From Gammaproteobacteria bacterium (GTDB taxonomy: Bacteria > Pseudomonadota > Gammaproteobacteria > UBA4575): a stretch of 64,000 nt of DNA. The position numbers and the translations under genes were made by a program. The stretch lies in the NCBI GenBank assembly GCA_965205685.1, contig OZ242174.1, positions 214,562 to 278,561 of the forward strand, read 5' to 3'. Position 1 is the stretch's first letter; every line of letters starts with the position of its first letter. Shown here one piece after another: positions 10,133 to 20,217 of this stretch. The notes below the pieces were generated by a model that was not told the origin of the DNA, did not search any database, and was given only the letters and a program-made list of their open reading frames with translations.

Positions 10133-12418
10133 GTGGGCCTGCTTGACCGCTACACGTCCACCCTGCTGGACTATCGCTGGTGGGTCGTTGGCCTGACCAC
10201 CCTGGTCATGCTGGCGATGACGGCCGGCGCGCAGTTTCTCACGGTCTCCAACGACTACCGCATCCTGTTCAGCGAAGACAACCCCCAACTCATGGCCTTC
10301 GATGCGCTGGAGGCCACCTACACGGAATCGTACAACCTGCTGATCGCGGTGGCCGTGCAGGAGGGTTCGGTGTTCGAGCCCGCAACGCTGGATGCGGTCG
10401 AGTCGCTGACCGAGGCGGTCTGGCAACTGCCGTATTCGAGCCGGGTCACGTCGTTGACCAACTACAGCCACAGCGAGGCGGACGGCGACGACCTGATCGT
10501 GGCGCCGCTGGTGGAAGATGCCCTGTCGATGGATGATGCCGCCCTTGAGCGCGTCGAGGCCATCGCGCTGGGCGATGCCGATATCGCCGGGCGCCTGGTG
10601 TCCCGGGACGGGCGCGTGGCCTCGGTGGTCGTCGACTTCGTGCTGGCGGACAACCCGGACCAGCAGGTGATCGAAATTACGGCCACCCTGCAGGGGATCC
10701 TCGATGAGGCACGCACGGCCCATCCCGGTCTTGGCTATCACACGACCGGCTTCGTGGTGCAGAACCAGGCATTTTCCGAGGCCACCCAGGACGATCTTGA
10801 GACCCTGCTGCCGATCGTGTTCGTGGTCATTGTGGGCCTGTCGGCGATCCTGCTGCGCTCGATTGCGGGCACGGTGGCCATCGTTGCGATCGTCATGTTC
10901 GCCGTCAACAGCACCATGGGGACCGCCGGCTGGAGCGGGGTGCTGATCAGCCCGACCAACTCGGGCATCCCGGTGATCGTGATGGTGATTGCGATCGCGG
11001 ACTCCATCCACATCATCAGCAACGTGTTGCAGGGCCTGCAGCGCGGCCTCGACAAGCATGCGGCTATCCTGGAATCGATGCGCATCAATGCCTACCCGGT
11101 GTTTCTGACCTCGCTGACCACTGCCATCGGTTTTCTGACGCTGAATACTTCCGATTCACCCCCGTTCCATGTGCTCGGCAACTGGGTAGCCTTTGGCGTG
11201 CTGTGCGCCTTTGTCTACTCCATGACGTTCCTGCCGGCCCTGCTTTCCGTGCTGCCGTTGCGCAGTGCGGGCGCGCAGCCTCGCAGCAGCGCGCTCATGG
11301 AGGGCTTTGCCGAGTTCGTGGTCACCCGCTACAAGCAGCTGTTCTGGGTCGTGGCAGTGGCGGCGGCGGTCCTGATCACGGGTGTGCCCCGGATCGAGCT
11401 GGGCGACAACCTGGTGGAGTTCTTCGACGAGCGCTACGAGTTCCGGCGCGATGCCGACTTCATCACCAAGAACCTGACCGGGCTGGACAAGCTGGAATAC
11501 TCGCTGCAATCGGGGCGGGAAGGCGGTATCACCGATCCCGCCTACCTGCAAAAGGTCGAGGCCTTTGCCGAGTGGTACCGGACACAGCCGGGGGTCACCC
11601 ATGTGCAGGCCTTCTCGGACATCATGAAGCGCCTGAACAAGAACATGCACGGCGATGACCCGGCCTTCGAGCGCCTGCCCGAGGATGCGGCGCTGGCTGC
11701 CCAGTACCTGCTGCTGTACGAACTCTCGATCCCGTTCGGCAGCGACCTCAACGACCGCATCGATGTCGCCAAGTCCGCGACCCGCATGTCCGTGACCATC
11801 GAGAACGCATCCTCCCGGGACCTGCGCGACCTGGATGCGCGCGCACAGGCCTGGCTTGAGGCAGAATCGCCGGGGCTGGCCGGCGAGGCTTCGGGGATCA
11901 GCATGATCTTCGCCCACATGTCGGACCGCAATGTCAGCAGCATGATGGTCGGCATCATCGGTGCCATGATCCTGATCTCCGTACTCCTGATCGCGGTGTT
12001 CAGGAGTGTCCGCATCGGCCTGATCAGCCTGTTGCCTAACTTTGTCCCGGCACTCATGAGCTTCGGCCTGTGGGGCCACCTGGTGGGGCAGATTGGCCTG
12101 GTCTCCACGGTCGTCATCGCCATCTCCTTCGGAATCGTGGTCGACGACACCATTCATTTTCTCAGCAAGTACCTGAAGGCGAGGCGCGAGGGCGAGGCGG
12201 CCCCCGACTCGGTGCGCTACGCCTTTCGCACGACCGGCCAGGCGCTGTGGGTGACCACTGCCGTTCTCGTGGCAGGCTTCCTGGTGTTCACGGCCTCGGG
12301 ATTCCAGCTCAGCTGGGTGCTCGGGCTGATGGTTGCCATCACGGTCAGCTTCGCACTGGCGGCAGACTTCCTGCTGTTGCCGGCCCTGCTGATCTTCGCG
12401 GACCGCAAGACGGTCTGA
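10133..12418 (+). CDS. MMPL/RND-family transporter
   Basis: Two repeats with ADSIH, TSLTTAIGF and GIVVDDTIHF; about 12 TM segments. Confidence 0.9.
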   Translation: MGLLDRYTSTLLDYRWWVVGLTTLVMLAMTAGAQFLTVSNDYRILFSEDNPQLMAFDALEATYTESYNLLIAVAVQEGSVFEPATLDAVESLTEAVWQLPYSSRVTSLTNYSHSEADGDDLIVAPLVEDALSMDDAALERVEAIALGDADIAGRLVSRDGRVASVVVDFVLADNPDQQVIEITATLQGILDEARTAHPGLGYHTTGFVVQNQAFSEATQDDLETLLPIVFVVIVGLSAILLRSIAGTVAIVAIVMFAVNSTMGTAGWSGVLISPTNSGIPVIVMVIAIADSIHIISNVLQGLQRGLDKHAAILESMRINAYPVFLTSLTTAIGFLTLNTSDSPPFHVLGNWVAFGVLCAFVYSMTFLPALLSVLPLRSAGAQPRSSALMEGFAEFVVTRYKQLFWVVAVAAAVLITGVPRIELGDNLVEFFDERYEFRRDADFITKNLTGLDKLEYSLQSGREGGITDPAYLQKVEAFAEWYRTQPGVTHVQAFSDIMKRLNKNMHGDDPAFERLPEDAALAAQYLLLYELSIPFGSDLNDRIDVAKSATRMSVTIENASSRDLRDLDARAQAWLEAESPGLAGEASGISMIFAHMSDRNVSSMMVGIIGAMILISVLLIAVFRSVRIGLISLLPNFVPALMSFGLWGHLVGQIGLVSTVVIAISFGIVVDDTIHFLSKYLKARREGEAAPDSVRYAFRTTGQALWVTTAVLVAGFLVFTASGFQLSWVLGLMVAITVSFALAADFLLLPALLIFADRKTV

Positions 12419-12523
12419 TCCTGCACCCGGCTCCGCCGGATCCCGAACAATACCCAAGAACCCGCCCCCGTCGGCCCGTTTGGGCCCGGGGCGGCGTACT
12501 TCGGTGTGAGCTGCATGCAAAGT

Positions 12524-12542
12524 ATATATATTAAATATATAT
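12524..12542. promoter_or_regulatory. AT-rich inverted repeat, putative VapBC operator
   Basis: ATATATATT-A-AATATATAT perfect inverted repeat about 50 bp upstream of vapB. Confidence 0.55.
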
Positions 12543-12591
12543 CTATGCTAGGCTGTGATCCATCTGTTCATCAATCCACGGGTTTGCAGCC

Positions 12592-12849
12592 ATGAAACAG
12601 GATACTGCGAAAGTTTTCATGTCCGGTCCCTCGCAGGCCGTGCGTCTGCCGAAAAAATTTCGCTTCCCCGAGAGCTGCGGTGAAGTGCACGTGCGCCGGG
12701 TGGGCCGCCACCTGATCCTGACCCCCCGCTTTTCGGACTGGGAGGCTTACTGGGCCGACTCGAGCCGCCCCTACGGGAGCCTGGGGCCGGATGTGCTGGA
12801 CTTCCATGGCCGGGTGCCCCCGGCAGACTCCCCGGAGGAATCCGGCTGA
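12592..12849 (+). CDS. vapB: VapB/AbrB-type antitoxin
   Basis: TAKVFMSGPSQAVRLPKKFRF. Confidence 0.9.
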   Translation: MKQDTAKVFMSGPSQAVRLPKKFRFPESCGEVHVRRVGRHLILTPRFSDWEAYWADSSRPYGSLGPDVLDFHGRVPPADSPEESG

Positions 12850-13259
12850 TGCCCTGCCTGCTGGATGTCACACACTGCGTGCACCTGCTGATGCGCTCCC
12901 CGCAGGTGGTGCCGCGCACACCGATCCAGGAGTGCCGGGTCTCGGCCGTCACCGCAGGCGAGCTGTATGCCGGTGTGCATCACACGGTAGATTCCAGACG
13001 CGCCCGAAATCATGCGGCAGTGTTGGACTTTCTGGGCGCCGTGGCGGTGCTGGCGCTCGATGAACAGGTCGCCAGAGTCTATGCGGGTCTTTGCGCCGGC
13101 ACCGAAGGGGCAGTGCGCGGCATCGGTGCCCATGAGCTGTGGGTGATCGCCCATGCCCTGGCCCTGGATGTACCGTTGATCACTTCTACTCCGCACCGTT
13201 TTGCCAGCATCCCGGGCCTGTCCACGGACAACTGGATGCAAGCGGACGCTGCACGCTGA
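12849..13259 (+). CDS. vapC: VapC PIN-domain toxin (degenerate active site)
   Basis: LLD, SAVTAGEL, IG..E..IAHALAL, PGL..DNW; TGATG coupling to vapB. Confidence 0.8.
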   Translation: MPCLLDVTHCVHLLMRSPQVVPRTPIQECRVSAVTAGELYAGVHHTVDSRRARNHAAVLDFLGAVAVLALDEQVARVYAGLCAGTEGAVRGIGAHELWVIAHALALDVPLITSTPHRFASIPGLSTDNWMQADAAR

Positions 13260-13290
13260 ACGCCCTTCGCACGGGGTGCGCGATGTTTGA

Positions 13291-14454
13291 TCAGGAGGGG
13301 TCTTCTCCGCTGCGGCTACAGCTTCGGGTCAGGACATCGATGAGCCGGTCGATGTGCGAGCGCGTGTGCGTGGCACAAAGCGTCACGCGCAGGCGGGCCT
13401 GGTGCTTGGGCACGGTGGGCTCGCGGATGGCCTGTACCAGGAGGCCTTCTTCAAGCAGAGCATGACTGGCTTCAAGGGCGGTCTTTGAGGCGCCCAGTAC
13501 TATCGGCTGTATGGGAGTCCTGGAGGCGGTGACGGGCAGGTCGGCCTCGCGTGCACACTGGCGGAAATAGGCCACCTGTTCCAGCAGCTTGGCCCGGCGC
13601 CCGGGCTCTTCGCGGATCAGTGCCAGGGCGGTGCGCGCCGCCTCGGCCACCGAGGGCGGCAACGCGGTGGTATAGATGTAGCTTCTCGCCCGCTGCACGC
13701 ACCATTCGATGATGTCTGCGCGCGCGGCGACGAATGCACCGAATACACCGAAAGCCTTGCCGAGGGTACCGACCAGGATGGTCTCATCGCGTCGGCAGCC
13801 TTCCGTACAGCCCTTTCCTTCCTCGCCCAGCACGCCGATGCCATGCGCATCGTCGACCACCAGGGGCACGCTGAAGCTGTCGGCCAGCTTTTGCAGCGCC
13901 TCGACGGGGGCGACGGTGCCGTCCATGCTGAACACCCCGTCGGTGGCGATCAGCCCGTCCTTGCCGACATTCTTGCGCAGGTGTCGATGCAGCGCATCGA
14001 CGGCCAGGTGGTCATAGCGCTTCAGGTGCGCGCGTGCCAGTACCGCGGCATCGATCAGCGAGGCATGGCTGAGCCGGTCCTGGTAGACGGTGGTGTCGCG
14101 CCCGGCCAAGGCACCGACCAGCCCCAGGTTGGCCATGTAGCCGGTCGAGAACAGCAGGGTCCGTTCGCAGCCCAGAAAGTCTGCCAGCTCCTCTTCCAGG
14201 GCATGGTGGCAGGCATGGTGGCCGGTGATGAGGTGCGAGGCGCCGCTGCCGACGCCAAAGGTCTTGGCGGCCTCGACGTAGCGTTCGATGATGCGCGGCT
14301 CACATGCCAGCCCGAGGTAATCGTTGCTGCAAAATGAAAGCACCTTGCGCCCGTTGATCACCGGCTCGATCTGCTGGGCGGAGCTCAGCAGGTTGCGGCT
14401 GCGCCACTGGTGGTCTTCCTGCAGTTCGTCCAGCGCTGCAGCCAGGTTCTTCAT
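13291..14454 (-). CDS. bioF: 8-amino-7-oxononanoate synthase
   Basis: FCSNDYLGL, HASLID, DGVFSMDG, DDAHG, GTLGKAFG. Confidence 0.95.
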   Translation of the reverse strand: MKNLAAALDELQEDHQWRSRNLLSSAQQIEPVINGRKVLSFCSNDYLGLACEPRIIERYVEAAKTFGVGSGASHLITGHHACHHALEEELADFLGCERTLLFSTGYMANLGLVGALAGRDTTVYQDRLSHASLIDAAVLARAHLKRYDHLAVDALHRHLRKNVGKDGLIATDGVFSMDGTVAPVEALQKLADSFSVPLVVDDAHGIGVLGEEGKGCTEGCRRDETILVGTLGKAFGVFGAFVAARADIIEWCVQRARSYIYTTALPPSVAEAARTALALIREEPGRRAKLLEQVAYFRQCAREADLPVTASRTPIQPIVLGASKTALEASHALLEEGLLVQAIREPTVPKHQARLRVTLCATHTRSHIDRLIDVLTRSCSRSGEDPS

Positions 14455-14467
14455 GCCCGGATGCAGC

Positions 14468-15466
14468 TCAGGCCGTATCTGCCGCCTGTGACACGGGCAG
14501 GCGGTCCGCCTCGATGCCGAGGCGTGCAAACAGCACCTGGTCCTTGTGTGGGGCGGGATTCTTGGCGGTCAGCAGGGTGTCCCCATAGAAGACGGAATTG
14601 GCCCCGGCGAAAAAGCACAGCGCTTGGGTCTGCTCGTTCATGGCCTCTCGCCCGGCGGACAGGCGTACGTAGGCGCGTGGCATCAGGATGCGTGCCACCG
14701 CGATGGTGCGAACGAATTCGAAGGGGTCGAGCGCATCGGTGCCGTGCAGGGGGGTGCCCTTGATCTGCACCAGCATGTTGATGGGCACGGATTCGGGGTG
14801 CTCGGGCATGCAGGCCAGTTGCAGCAGCAGGCCGGTGCGGTCCTCGCGGGACTCCCCCATGCCGATGATGCCGCCGCAACAGACGTGAATACCGGCCTCG
14901 CGCACGTGGTCCAGGGTATCGAGGCGGTCCTGGTAGGTGCGGGTCGTGATGATGCTGCCGTAGAACTCGGGCGAGGTGTCGAGGTTGTGGTTGTAGTAGT
15001 CCAGCCCGGCTGCTTTCAGGCGCTCGGCCTGGGGTCTGGTGAGCATGCCGAGCGTCATGCAGGTCTCAAGCCCCGCATCGCGCACCGCACCGATCATCCC
15101 GATCACCTGGTCCAGGTGCTTGTCGGTGGGATTGCGCCAGGCGGCGCCCATGCAAAATCGCGAGGCACCGCTCGCCTTGGCGGCGGCAGCGCTCTGTTCG
15201 ACCTCCTCCAGGGACAGCAGGCGTTCGGGCTCGATGTCGGTGTCGTAATGGCCGCTTTGCGGACAGTAGGCGCAGTCCTCGGGACAGGCGCCGGTCTTGA
15301 TGGACAGCAGGGTGCTGATCTGCACCTTGTTGGGGTCGTGCCAGGTGCGAAACGTGCCGTGCGCCCGGTACAGCAGGTCGTTGAAGGGCAGCGCATACAG
15401 GGCCAGCACTTCCTCGCGCTGCCAGTCGTGGCGGATCGTTTGCGGGTCTGCGGGGAGTTCGGGCAT
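14468..15466 (-). CDS. bioB: biotin synthase
   Basis: [11 protein letters not shown] radical SAM motif, [14 protein letters not shown]. Confidence 0.97.
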   Translation of the reverse strand: MPELPADPQTIRHDWQREEVLALYALPFNDLLYRAHGTFRTWHDPNKVQISTLLSIKTGACPEDCAYCPQSGHYDTDIEPERLLSLEEVEQSAAAAKASGASRFCMGAAWRNPTDKHLDQVIGMIGAVRDAGLETCMTLGMLTRPQAERLKAAGLDYYNHNLDTSPEFYGSIITTRTYQDRLDTLDHVREAGIHVCCGGIIGMGESREDRTGLLLQLACMPEHPESVPINMLVQIKGTPLHGTDALDPFEFVRTIAVARILMPRAYVRLSAGREAMNEQTQALCFFAGANSVFYGDTLLTAKNPAPHKDQVLFARLGIEADRLPVSQAADTA

Positions 15467-15567
15467 CCGTCGGGATCTCCTGGTTTCGGGCGGACTCACG
15501 GAATTATAGCGAACCCCGTGTGCCTTGCCCGTTTTTTTCCGGCACTCGTGCACGGCACCCGGGCCAT

Positions 15568-16461
15568 TCAGGGCAGGGACAGGCCGTAATGCGATGCGAT
15601 GCCGAGGAAGACCACCAGGCCGAAATACTGGTTGTTCAGAAAGGCGCGCAGGCAGCGCTCGGGCGCTCGCCCGCGAAGCAGCCACTGCTGGTAGACGAAC
15701 AATGCGCCACCGAGGCCAAGGGAAACGTAGTAGGCCGGACCCAGCCCGCCCAGCACACCCGTACCGCCCAGCATCAGGATCACCAGCGCCTGCATCAGGC
15801 CGACGGCGAGGCGGTCTGCGCGACCGAACAGGATCGCCGTGGACTTGATGTCGAGCTTGAGGTCGTCCTCGCGGTCCGCCATCGCGTACATGGTGTCGTA
15901 GGCCACGGTCCACACGATCGCAGCCGCGAACAGGAGCCAGGCAAGCGGCCCCGGCCAGGCGCCGGTCGTGGCCGTGAACGCCATCGGTACGGACCAGGCA
16001 AAGGCCACTCCCAGATGTACCTGTGGCAGCGAGTGCAGCCTTTTCATGAACGGATAGCTTGCTGCCAGCACCCCGGCCGCGAGGGCCAGTGCGATCGTCA
16101 GGCCGTTCAGCACCAGCACGGCAAGCGCAAGGGCGAGTGCCGACAGGACCGCGGCGATCCACACCGCCTCGCGCGGTGCCAGGGCACCGCTTGCGAGCGG
16201 GCGATCGCGGGTCCTCGCGACGTGGGGGTCGATCTCGCGATCGGCAAAGTCATTGATGGCACAGCCGGCCGAGCGCATCAGCACCACGCCCAGCACGAAC
16301 ACGGTCAGGATGGCAAGATCGGGCATGCCCCGGGCCGCTACCACCAGTGCCCACAGGGCAGGCCACAGCAGCAGGTAGATGCCGATCGGTTTGTCCAGGC
16401 GAATAAGCCGGGCATACAGGAGCACACGGTTGGGCAGTGTGGAGGACAGGTTGCCAGCCAT
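15568..16461 (-). CDS. ubiA: 4-hydroxybenzoate polyprenyltransferase
   Basis: [31 protein letters not shown]. Confidence 0.95.
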   Translation of the reverse strand: MAGNLSSTLPNRVLLYARLIRLDKPIGIYLLLWPALWALVVAARGMPDLAILTVFVLGVVLMRSAGCAINDFADREIDPHVARTRDRPLASGALAPREAVWIAAVLSALALALAVLVLNGLTIALALAAGVLAASYPFMKRLHSLPQVHLGVAFAWSVPMAFTATTGAWPGPLAWLLFAAAIVWTVAYDTMYAMADREDDLKLDIKSTAILFGRADRLAVGLMQALVILMLGGTGVLGGLGPAYYVSLGLGGALFVYQQWLLRGRAPERCLRAFLNNQYFGLVVFLGIASHYGLSLP

Positions 16462-17297
16462 CAGGGCGGCGTGCCCGGGCGCAGGTAGTTTCGGGCCATC
16501 GCGGTATCCGGTCGCTTGCCGCGCCACAGGTAGAAGGACTCCGCGGCCTGCTCGAGCAGCATACCGAAGCCGTCCGTGACCTGGGACGCGCCCTGTGCCT
16601 TGGACCAGCGCATGAACGGGGTGGTGGTGTCGCTGTAGAGGAGGTCGTAGCAGCGGGTCTGCGGCCCGATCAGGGTGTCCGGCAGGCCAAGGTCCTGGCC
16701 CTGCAGGGCCGCCGAGGTGGCATGCACGATCAGGTCGTAGGGCCCGGGTTCGATGGCCTCGAGACTACATCCGCGGATTTGGCCGTGCATTCGAAAGTGT
16801 TCGGCAAGTGCCTCGGCGCGCTCAGGCGTGCGATTGGCGACTAGCAAAAGGGCGGGCTTTTCCTGTAGCAGGGGTCCGAGGATGCCGCGCGTCGCCCCGC
16901 CTGCCCCGAGAATCAGAATGCGCGTATCCTGTATGGACAGGCGCAGGGATTTCTTCAGATCCCGCAACAGACCGATGCCGTCGGTGTTGGCACCTAGGCA
17001 GGTGCCGTCGTCTTGTGCGATGAGCGTGTTGACGGCCCCGGCATGTGTTGCCAGGTCAGAGTGCTGCTCGGCCCATTCGAAGGCCTCGCCTTTGAACGGC
17101 ACGGTGACGTTTAGACCGCGTCCGCCTGCTTCGAAAAACCCAGATACTGTGGCAGCAAAATCGCCGGGTTCGGCCAGCAGCCGGCCGTAGAGGATGTCTT
17201 CATCGGTCTGTTCTGCAAACAGCAGGTGGATTTCAGGGGAACGGCTATGGGCAACAGGATTGCCAATCACAGCATAACGATCTGGTTCGGAGTTCAC
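16461..17297 (-). CDS. aroE: shikimate dehydrogenase
   Basis: GNPVAHSRSP, NVTVPFK, GAVNT, NTDG, GAGGA, GMLLEQA. Confidence 0.95.
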   Translation of the reverse strand: MNSEPDRYAVIGNPVAHSRSPEIHLLFAEQTDEDILYGRLLAEPGDFAATVSGFFEAGGRGLNVTVPFKGEAFEWAEQHSDLATHAGAVNTLIAQDDGTCLGANTDGIGLLRDLKKSLRLSIQDTRILILGAGGATRGILGPLLQEKPALLLVANRTPERAEALAEHFRMHGQIRGCSLEAIEPGPYDLIVHATSAALQGQDLGLPDTLIGPQTRCYDLLYSDTTTPFMRWSKAQGASQVTDGFGMLLEQAAESFYLWRGKRPDTAMARNYLRPGTPP

Positions 17298-17606
17298 TCG
17301 TGCTGGAGGCTTGGGTAAGGTGTGCAGTTTTTCTTGTATAGCAGGAAATACGCTGATGACACAATGCCTCGGAGTCAAGAATTTTATGCACTAACACTCG
17401 CAAATATGATGCTATTAATGTTGTATTAGAAGTTCCTGATTGTTGGAAAACTGCTACGTTCTTTAAGAAAATTCACAATTTTTCATAGAATCTCAGACAT
17501 ATTTTTTGTCGAATAGCACACAAATTGCAATAAATTTAAAGTTTTTGTTGCATGATTGATTATTTTGAAACTAATATGTACACTCTCTGCTAGAGGTGTA
17601 TTTGTC

Positions 17607-18435
17607 ATGAGCAGCGTTCATCTGCTTCATTCGCAATCTGATAAGCCAATCGGACACTTTGTTCGTATTGGCCATACAGGACATAGGGTGCTTGAAAGTT
17701 TGTATACGGCACGCCGAGTAAGTATCAGCCACGCGGTGTTTGATGCCAATCACATAAATAAACAGAAGGATCTACTTCATACGTTATTCGATGGGGGCAC
17801 GGAAATCATACTCGATACCAAATGTGCAGAATTGGCTTTTGATGCTGGACTAAATTCCAGCATCAAGAACCTACCGTGGGCAGACCCATTTCGCAAACAC
17901 TGGGTAGGTGACTGGGTGGGTAGTCAAGGTTTGCGCAAAGTTGAACAGATCGCAGAGTTCGCAATTAGAGCTGGTGTTAATGCTATTTTATCGCCAAGCC
18001 ACCAAAATTGAGGGAGTCGATTCTGATTGGCTTAATGCAGACATTCAAATGATCAGTCAACTGCGTGACTTGTTAGATGAGTACGGTGCAAAACATATCA
18101 GGATAGATTGTCACTTGACACTATCTGTCAGTACTCTACGCAACCTAAATGAAGTTTTGCAAATTTTACAAAAGATTGCGGACAAACCAGTCGGAAATAT
18201 TTGGCTTCGCATTTCAAATCTTGGAATGAATGCATCTGTAACTGCTATCAAAAGACTTATTGATCTTGCTTGGAGTTTACAGAATTATCACACACCCTTA
18301 ATTGCAGATAACGTTGGTGGTTTAACTGGGATCAGCTTAGCTGCATTTGGCGCAGTTGGTGGGATTAGTCATGGAATAGCTGAAAAAGAAAATCCGGACA
18401 ATGAAAAAGGCGGGGTAACGTTATGGGGAATGTAA
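17607..18435 (+). pseudogene. uncharacterised alpha/beta (TIM-barrel-like) protein, frameshifted and probably 3'-truncated
   Basis: ORFs 17556-18011 and 17908-18435 join at ...LSPSH|KIEG (CACCAAAATTGAG, about 18000-18012); GAGG before ATG 17607. Confidence 0.6.
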
Positions 18436-18761
18436 TAACAAAGACGATAGATGAGTTAAAGGATCGTGGTAACTTGAGAGGGGTTGATGTAGCAAACGTA
18501 GCAAAAGTCTCGAAAGCTACTGTTTCTAGATGGTCAACTGGAAAAGCCGCACCTCACCCAAAAGCACAATTAGTACTATCAGACTTACTATATGTTGTTG
18601 GTCGCTTAAGTGAGTTTTATGATCCTGATGAGTCAAGAGCCTGGCTGTACTCCCGTAACGATTTGCTTGATGGCGAGATTGCTATGGAGCTTATCCATGA
18701 AAGCAGGACTGATGAAGTTCTACAAGCAATCGAACGATTGGATTCGCTGACCTATTTATAA
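18423..18761 (+). CDS. Xre/MbcA/ParS-type antitoxin (HTH + DUF2384-like)
   Basis: VANVAKVSKATVSRW helix-turn-helix and RAWLYSRNDLLDGE C-terminal motif. Confidence 0.85.
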   Translation: MGNVITKTIDELKDRGNLRGVDVANVAKVSKATVSRWSTGKAAPHPKAQLVLSDLLYVVGRLSEFYDPDESRAWLYSRNDLLDGEIAMELIHESRTDEVLQAIERLDSLTYL

Positions 18762-18785
18762 CTGTAACAATGTATAGGTTAGTGA

Positions 18786-19343
18786 GTGATATCAAGAAGA
18801 AAAGTCATTGATCCGGCGTTACTTGATGCATTAGATAATTTAGATAGTACGTTTTTTTGTGGTGATGTTTGGCGGGTAACATGGCCAGAACGAGATCCGT
18901 TGGTAGGGAGTTCTGGCGGAGGACGATGGTCTCCTGATGGGGGATTTGAGGCCGTTTACGCAAGTTTGGAGCCTGACGGTGCTTGTGCAGAAGCCTACTA
19001 TCATTTGTCACGTGCCCCAGTGTTTCCTTCCTCAAAAATGTTGCTTAATAAAATACATGCTGACTTAAAAAACGTATTGCAATTAGACATCAAGCAACTG
19101 CGACAGGTGGGAATTCCAGAACCGTTAGCCAATCGAATCGATTATGGGATTAGTCAGCAGGTAGGCGCAGCAGCCCACTTGTTGGACTTTGAAGCATTGA
19201 TTGTTCCTAGTGCCAGATGGGATTGTTTGAATCTTGTTTTATTTTTGGACAGACTTGATATAGACGCACAGTTGGAAATCTTGAGGTCCACCCCAATTGA
19301 CTGGCCGACATGGCATAAAGCCGCAAAAGAGAGGCAACCCTAG
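18786..19343 (+). CDS. RES-domain toxin (NAD+ phosphorylase family)
   Basis: GGRW, AVYAS, AEAYY, SQQVG, LIVPSAR, NLVLF. Confidence 0.88.
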   Translation: MISRRKVIDPALLDALDNLDSTFFCGDVWRVTWPERDPLVGSSGGGRWSPDGGFEAVYASLEPDGACAEAYYHLSRAPVFPSSKMLLNKIHADLKNVLQLDIKQLRQVGIPEPLANRIDYGISQQVGAAAHLLDFEALIVPSARWDCLNLVLFLDRLDIDAQLEILRSTPIDWPTWHKAAKERQP

Positions 19344-19593
19344 TCAACTGCTATTTTCCTTTAGTTCTACCCAGGTAAGAATCTGAACTTTGCATGACTA
19401 CGAATCGCCTGTTTTGGCGCAACGACTCTCACAGCACTGCTGGACTGTGTCACTGACTTAGTCCGATTTGTAGGCCAGTTAACCGTTGCAGTAATGTAGA
19501 TAACACCACCCTAAATGCCTACAATACAAGGAAGTAGGCGCGTGTTGGGCGCGCCAACAAACCGGTTGTTTACAAATAGGTGAGTGTACGGCT

Positions 19594-19989
19594 ATGGCTA
19601 AAATGATTCATTCAATGATCCGCGTTCTGGATGTTGAGCGCTCCAAAACCTTTTACGAGAAGGCGTTCAACATCAAGGAAAAACGCTATCTGGATTTTGA
19701 CGATTTCGCCCTGGTGTACCTGGGCAACGACGAGAACGATTTCGAGATCGAGCTGACCCTGAACAAGGGTCAAACGGAGCCCTATTCCCACGGCAACGGC
19801 TACGGGCACATCGCGCTTTGCGTCGATGACATCGATGCAGAGCATGAACGCATCAAGGCGCTCGGCTATGAACCCCAGGACATCGTCTCCTTCGCCCCCG
19901 GCGGGGAAGTGGTCGCAAAGTTCTTCTTTATGAAGGACCCGGACGGCTACGAGATCGAGGTGTTGCAAAGAGCTGGGGCCTACCAGTAG
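19594..19989 (+). CDS. lactoylglutathione lyase / VOC family protein
   Basis: HSMIRV, EIELT, GYGHIA, DPDGYEIE. Confidence 0.88.
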   Translation: MAKMIHSMIRVLDVERSKTFYEKAFNIKEKRYLDFDDFALVYLGNDENDFEIELTLNKGQTEPYSHGNGYGHIALCVDDIDAEHERIKALGYEPQDIVSFAPGGEVVAKFFFMKDPDGYEIEVLQRAGAYQ

Positions 19990-20217
19990 GTCGCTAAACC
20001 CACACATCCGAGGGCCGGATCTGCCCTCTGTCTGTGACCGGTATCGTGCCCATTCCCTGCAAGACACCCCCAATCCGGATACGGCGCCTATCTATTTGCA
20101 AGCTCTTCACAATCGAGTGCTAAAATCACTGTTCTGAAAGCGCGCCGCCTGGCTTGGCTTGCCGGTGGTCGTCTTACAACAATCAAAATACATCGACGCT
20201 GAAGCGAGGAGACGCGA

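Larger units (their letters stand above)
17330..19560. other. AT-rich accessory island (hypothetical + Xre/RES TA)
   Basis: Abrupt change to AT-rich composition upstream of aroE; boundaries approximate. Confidence 0.7.

Noticed and set aside
20097-20123. CIRCE-like element (GAGTGCTAA right arm)
   Set aside because: The left arm matches only 4 of 9 positions, the downstream gene is not a chaperone, and an extended -10 promoter (TGCTAAAAT) explains it better.
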